From NCBI GenBank assembly GCA_965602015.1, contig OZ271918.1, positions 2,368,001-2,432,000 on the forward strand: DNA of 64,000 bases, given 5' to 3'. A model generated the notes under the pieces. It searched no databases and was not told where the DNA came from. It was given only the letters and a program-made list of their open reading frames with translations. Positions within the stretch are counted from its first letter, which is position 1; every line of letters begins with the position of its first letter. The position numbers and the translations under genes were made by a program. The DNA is from Salinispira sp. (GTDB lineage: Bacteria > Spirochaetota > Spirochaetia > DSM-27196 > Salinispiraceae). Of the stretch, positions 60,334-64,000 are shown piece by piece.

Positions 60334-62508
60334 ATGTCAAAAACCAGCCAAAAACGCGCAGTTTTGCTTCTGTTCTATTTCGCCGCCATTGCCGCAGCCC
60401 TGTTCGCAGAGGAAACCGGTGGTCACGGCGGCAGCCTTACGCACCAGGTAACCCAGCTGGTCATTCAGCTTGCGGTGATTCTCTATGCCACGTGGGTGGG
60501 CGGTAAGCTCGCCGTAAAGATAAAACTGCCCAAGGTGCTCGGCCAGCTCATTATCGGAATTATCATAGGTCCATTTCTCTTGGGTTCTCTCGGCCTGCCG
60601 GGTTTCCCCGACGGGATTTTCCCTCTTGTGGAGGGCAGCGTTCCGGTCAGCCCATTTATCTACTCCCTGTCCAGCATTGCCGCCATTATCCTCTTGTTTA
60701 TCGCCGGATTGGAAACCGACCTTCCCATGTTTCTGCGCTACGCCGCAAAGGGTTCCATGGTCGGGGTCGGAGGTGTTTTGGTCAGCTTCCTGGCGGGCAA
60801 CTGGCTGACCACGGTTTACACCGGATTTTCGATGTTTCACCCGATGGCTCTGTTTATGGGAACCCTGTCAGTGGCAACCTCGGTGGGCATTACCGCCAGC
60901 ATTCTCTCCGACCAGCGGAAAATGGATTCCCCCGAGGGGGTGGTTATACTCTCAGCGGCGGTTATTGACGATGTGCTTGCGATAATCATCCTCGCCGTGG
61001 TCTTGGGCATTGCGGGATTGAATGCCGGCGGCGGGGAGCTGGACTGGCGGGGAATCGTGTGGGTCGCCGCGCGGGCAATCGGAGTGTGGCTCTTTTTTAC
61101 CATCATAGGGCTGATTTTCGCCCGCCGGCTCAGCGGATTTTTAAAGAAAACCTTCCGGGATCAGAGCCTGGTCACGGTTATGGCCTTCGGCCTGGCCCTT
61201 CTTATGGCGGGCATTTTCGAGAGCGCCGGGCTTTCGATGATCATCGGCGCATATGTAGTCGGCCTTTCTCTTTCAAACACCGATCTGGCGTTTATGGTCC
61301 AAAGCAGGCTTAATACTCTCCGGGATTTTTTCGTTCCCATCTTCTTTGCGGTGAGCGGTATGATGGTCAATATTGAAGCCATACTTTCATGGGAAGTTTT
61401 TGGATTCGGGCTGCTTTTCACGGCGGTTACCATGGCGGCCAAGCTCATTGGGGCCGGGGGGCCATCGATGCTCCTGAATTTCAACATTGTGGGAGCCGCC
61501 CGCATCGGTTTCGGCATGATTCCCCGGGGCGAGGTGACCCTCATCGTCGCCGGCATCGGTATGGGTGCGGGGATAATCAGCGAACAGTTGTTCGGAATCA
61601 CCCTGCTTATGACCATCCTGTCCACGGTCATCGCCCCGCCGATTCTCAATTTACTCCTGAAGAACCCCAAAGCCGGTCAAAAAATCGACGGCGGCAGCAT
61701 CGAAAAAACCGAAACATCATTTTCATTTCAGAGCCCCGAGTTCGCCCAGCTCGTATTAACCAAATTCATCAGTGAAATGGAGAAAGAGGGGTTCTTTATT
61801 AATAACATGGGCCACGGGGAAGAAGTTATTCAGATGCGCAAGGATGATATTTTTATCTCCCTCTATCTTCACAACGACGGCAGGGCAACGTTCCTCTCAG
61901 ACGCCGACGATGTGAATTTGTTCAAGACCGCACTGTATGAGAGTCTTCTCTCGGTAAACAAGGCAGCCAGCGAGCTGCAGCGAATATTCAAACCGGCGGA
62001 TCTGGCCAAAAGCGTGACCGAAGGAAGCGCCCGGGCCAGCTTCGACATAATGCCGTACACCAAACCGGAAAACGTCATTCTCCACCTGGAAGCAGTCAGC
62101 AAGACCGCCCTCATCGAGGAGATGCTCGTTGTGGCGGGCAAAAACGGCATGGTACGAGATGCCGAACTGACACGAAAGGACGTGCTCGAGCGGGAAGAAA
62201 GCATGACCACCGGAATGGCTCAGGGCATTGCCCTTCCCCACGCCAAAACCGACGGCGTCGATGCAATGGGATTTCTCATTGGCATAAAAAAAGAGGGGAT
62301 GGACTTCAAGGCCCTGGACAAGCTACCGAGCCGGATTTTTATCATGATTCTGACTCCAAAAAACCGCACGGGCCCGCATATTCAGCTGCTCTCAACCATC
62401 ACCGGCCTGTTGAACAAAGAACCGGTGCGAAACGCCATACTCAACGCCGATACCAGCTTTGAAGTCCTGCGCGTTCTGGAGAAAGCCCAGCAGGAGATAA
62501 AAAAATAG
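60334..62508 (+). CDS. Cation:proton antiporter (CPA2) fused to a PTS EIIA domain
   Basis: ATSVGIT, AAVIDD, GMIPRGEV; C-terminal ERE..TTG..GIALPHAK. Confidence 0.9.
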   Translation: MSKTSQKRAVLLLFYFAAIAAALFAEETGGHGGSLTHQVTQLVIQLAVILYATWVGGKLAVKIKLPKVLGQLIIGIIIGPFLLGSLGLPGFPDGIFPLVEGSVPVSPFIYSLSSIAAIILLFIAGLETDLPMFLRYAAKGSMVGVGGVLVSFLAGNWLTTVYTGFSMFHPMALFMGTLSVATSVGITASILSDQRKMDSPEGVVILSAAVIDDVLAIIILAVVLGIAGLNAGGGELDWRGIVWVAARAIGVWLFFTIIGLIFARRLSGFLKKTFRDQSLVTVMAFGLALLMAGIFESAGLSMIIGAYVVGLSLSNTDLAFMVQSRLNTLRDFFVPIFFAVSGMMVNIEAILSWEVFGFGLLFTAVTMAAKLIGAGGPSMLLNFNIVGAARIGFGMIPRGEVTLIVAGIGMGAGIISEQLFGITLLMTILSTVIAPPILNLLLKNPKAGQKIDGGSIEKTETSFSFQSPEFAQLVLTKFISEMEKEGFFINNMGHGEEVIQMRKDDIFISLYLHNDGRATFLSDADDVNLFKTALYESLLSVNKAASELQRIFKPADLAKSVTEGSARASFDIMPYTKPENVILHLEAVSKTALIEEMLVVAGKNGMVRDAELTRKDVLEREESMTTGMAQGIALPHAKTDGVDAMGFLIGIKKEGMDFKALDKLPSRIFIMILTPKNRTGPHIQLLSTITGLLNKEPVRNAILNADTSFEVLRVLEKAQQEIKK

Positions 62509-62550
62509 CGCCCGGGCAATGCCGGGCGCATGGTTCACTGCAGGGCGGGA

Positions 62551-62877
62551 TTAGGGCTTAATAAACACCTTGCCGTCGTTCACCTTGACTTCATAGGTCT
62601 TGATGTCTTCTTCGGCGGGAAGATCGATAACCTTTCCGCTGCGAATGTCGAAACGGCTTCCGTGCTTTTCGCAGAACACCTTGCCGTCCATCACAATTCC
62701 CTCGCACAACGGGCTGTACTCATGGGAGCAGCTGCCCTGGGTACAAAACACACCGTCATCGAGCTTGTAAAGCGTGTATGTATGACGACCAATTTTGACC
62801 TCTCGGGAAACCGTAAAGCTGTCCAGATCGGCAACCTCCTGCCATTCACCCTTTTTCCGCTTAGTCAGGAGTCCCAT
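62551..62877 (-). CDS. Rieske [2Fe-2S] ferredoxin
   Basis: CSHE and CEKHGSRFD motifs. Confidence 0.9.
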   Translation of the reverse strand: MGLLTKRKKGEWQEVADLDSFTVSREVKIGRHTYTLYKLDDGVFCTQGSCSHEYSPLCEGIVMDGKVFCEKHGSRFDIRSGKVIDLPAEEDIKTYEVKVNDGKVFIKP

Positions 62878-62880
62878 ATG

Positions 62881-64000
62881 CTACAGCCGCCCCTTGAGCC
62901 GACGGTTGATCTGCTGGCGAACATCGTCCTGCATGGATACCGGAAGGTTGTGAAGCAGCTCCTCGAAGAACCCGATTATGAGCATTTCCTTTGCCTCGTC
63001 CCGGGAAAAACCCCGGCACTGCAGATAATAAATATGTTCTTCGCTTATTTTGCCCGTGGTTGAACCGTGAGAGCACTTCACGTCGTCGGTCTTTATGTTG
63101 AGGCTGGGTATGCTGTCTGATTTCGCCCCGTCGTTAAGAACAAGATTATTATTCGTCAAATAGGCGTCGGTTCCCCGGGCTTCGTGATTAACTTCAATCA
63201 AACCCTGGAAAATAGCCTCGGATTCGTCTTTTATCGCGCCCTTGTAGAATGTCCGGCTCGATGCGTGTTCCGCCTGATGGTGCTGCACGGTTCTCAGATC
63301 TACATGCTGTTCGTCGTCGGTGAAATACAGTCCGTCGAGATTGAGGTCGCTTCCGCTGCCGGCCAGCCCGATCTCTACACGGTTTTTTACAAATCCTCCG
63401 CCGAGTATTCCCTCGAAGTGCAGTAGTCTGGCGTCCCTGCCGATGCGGCCCTCCGCCTGGTAAAAGGCAACCACCTCATCGCTGCTCTCCTGGAGAACCG
63501 AAACGCCGAAGTCCGCCGCATCATCAACAAGGTAGAGCGCATTGAGGGTCTGCAGGTGGCCGCTCATACCCTTCATTCTGAGGGCCATGCGGGCCTTGCT
63601 CATCCGCTCGGCAACCACGACGAGGCTCGCGTGGCGGCTGACATCCTCTCCGAGGCTGTGCCAGCAGAGCTCGTGGAGTTCGTCGGATTCCTGCCCCTTG
63701 GGAATGTGAAGAATGAAAATATCTTCGGAAAGCGCCAGGCTCCACAAGGTAATCCTGTTTGGAGCCTGGGTAAGCATGCGATCGAACTCGCCGAAGATCC
63801 GGTCCACTACCTCCGCCGGTACGGCTTCACCGGGGCTCTTGAGCAAATCGTTGAGCCTGTGCAGTTTTCCGTGCTTGATTTCGGCGGCTGTGTTCGTCCT
63901 GAGCTCGATGTCCGGATGACCAAGCTCGTCGAGATCGAACACCGAGATGTCCGTTCTCCGCCATTCTTCTTCATCGGTTGCGGGCCAGGATCCGGCGGAA
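62881..64000 (-). CDS. sufD: Fe-S cluster assembly protein SufD (5' end outside window)
   Basis: Frame stays open to the window end (WPATDEEEWRRTD); FQGLI, PSLNI..DDVKCSHG, YYLQCRG. Confidence 0.9.
   Translation of the reverse strand, partial: SAGSWPATDEEEWRRTDISVFDLDELGHPDIELRTNTAAEIKHGKLHRLNDLLKSPGEAVPAEVVDRIFGEFDRMLTQAPNRITLWSLALSEDIFILHIPKGQESDELHELCWHSLGEDVSRHASLVVVAERMSKARMALRMKGMSGHLQTLNALYLVDDAADFGVSVLQESSDEVVAFYQAEGRIGRDARLLHFEGILGGGFVKNRVEIGLAGSGSDLNLDGLYFTDDEQHVDLRTVQHHQAEHASSRTFYKGAIKDESEAIFQGLIEVNHEARGTDAYLTNNNLVLNDGAKSDSIPSLNIKTDDVKCSHGSTTGKISEEHIYYLQCRGFSRDEAKEMLIIGFFEELLHNLPVSMQDDVRQQINRRLKGRL

Overview
A 64-kb chromosomal segment of a spirochete, probably a free-living member of the Spirochaetaceae. 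The assignment rests on tuf directly preceding rpsJ, no rpsD between rpsK and rpoA, a stand-alone groES next to an RpoS-like sigma factor, and the murG-cvpA-holB-HK-sigma54 activator gene order. Most of the window is housekeeping: ppdK, punA, asd-lysC, phoU-phoB-phoR, uvrB, htrA, comM, rnhA, the S10-spc-alpha ribosomal protein cluster, tuf, sua5 and the end of a suf operon. I saw no rRNA, tRNA, CRISPR array, integrase or transposase. The notable signals are mostly non-coding. (1) A dispersed family of 147-149 bp intergenic elements (three full copies, one solo arm) has near-invariant 23-bp terminal inverted repeats, unrelated-looking cores and phased subterminal IHF-like motifs. (2) A canonical sigma54 -24/-12 promoter precedes the RpoS-like sigma gene, about 10 kb from an Hk2/Rrp2-like pair, resembling the Borrelia RpoN-RpoS cascade. 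(3) A boxA-like element lies in the rpsJ (NusE) leader. (4) There are Pho-box repeats, paired XRE operators and several apparently leaderless genes. Unusual proteins include a JAB-DinG fusion, a caspase-like lipoprotein, a lamin-tail/metzincin lipoprotein and a 1218-aa membrane protein with 48-aa acidic tandem repeats. All calls come from reading motifs by eye; no searches were run.
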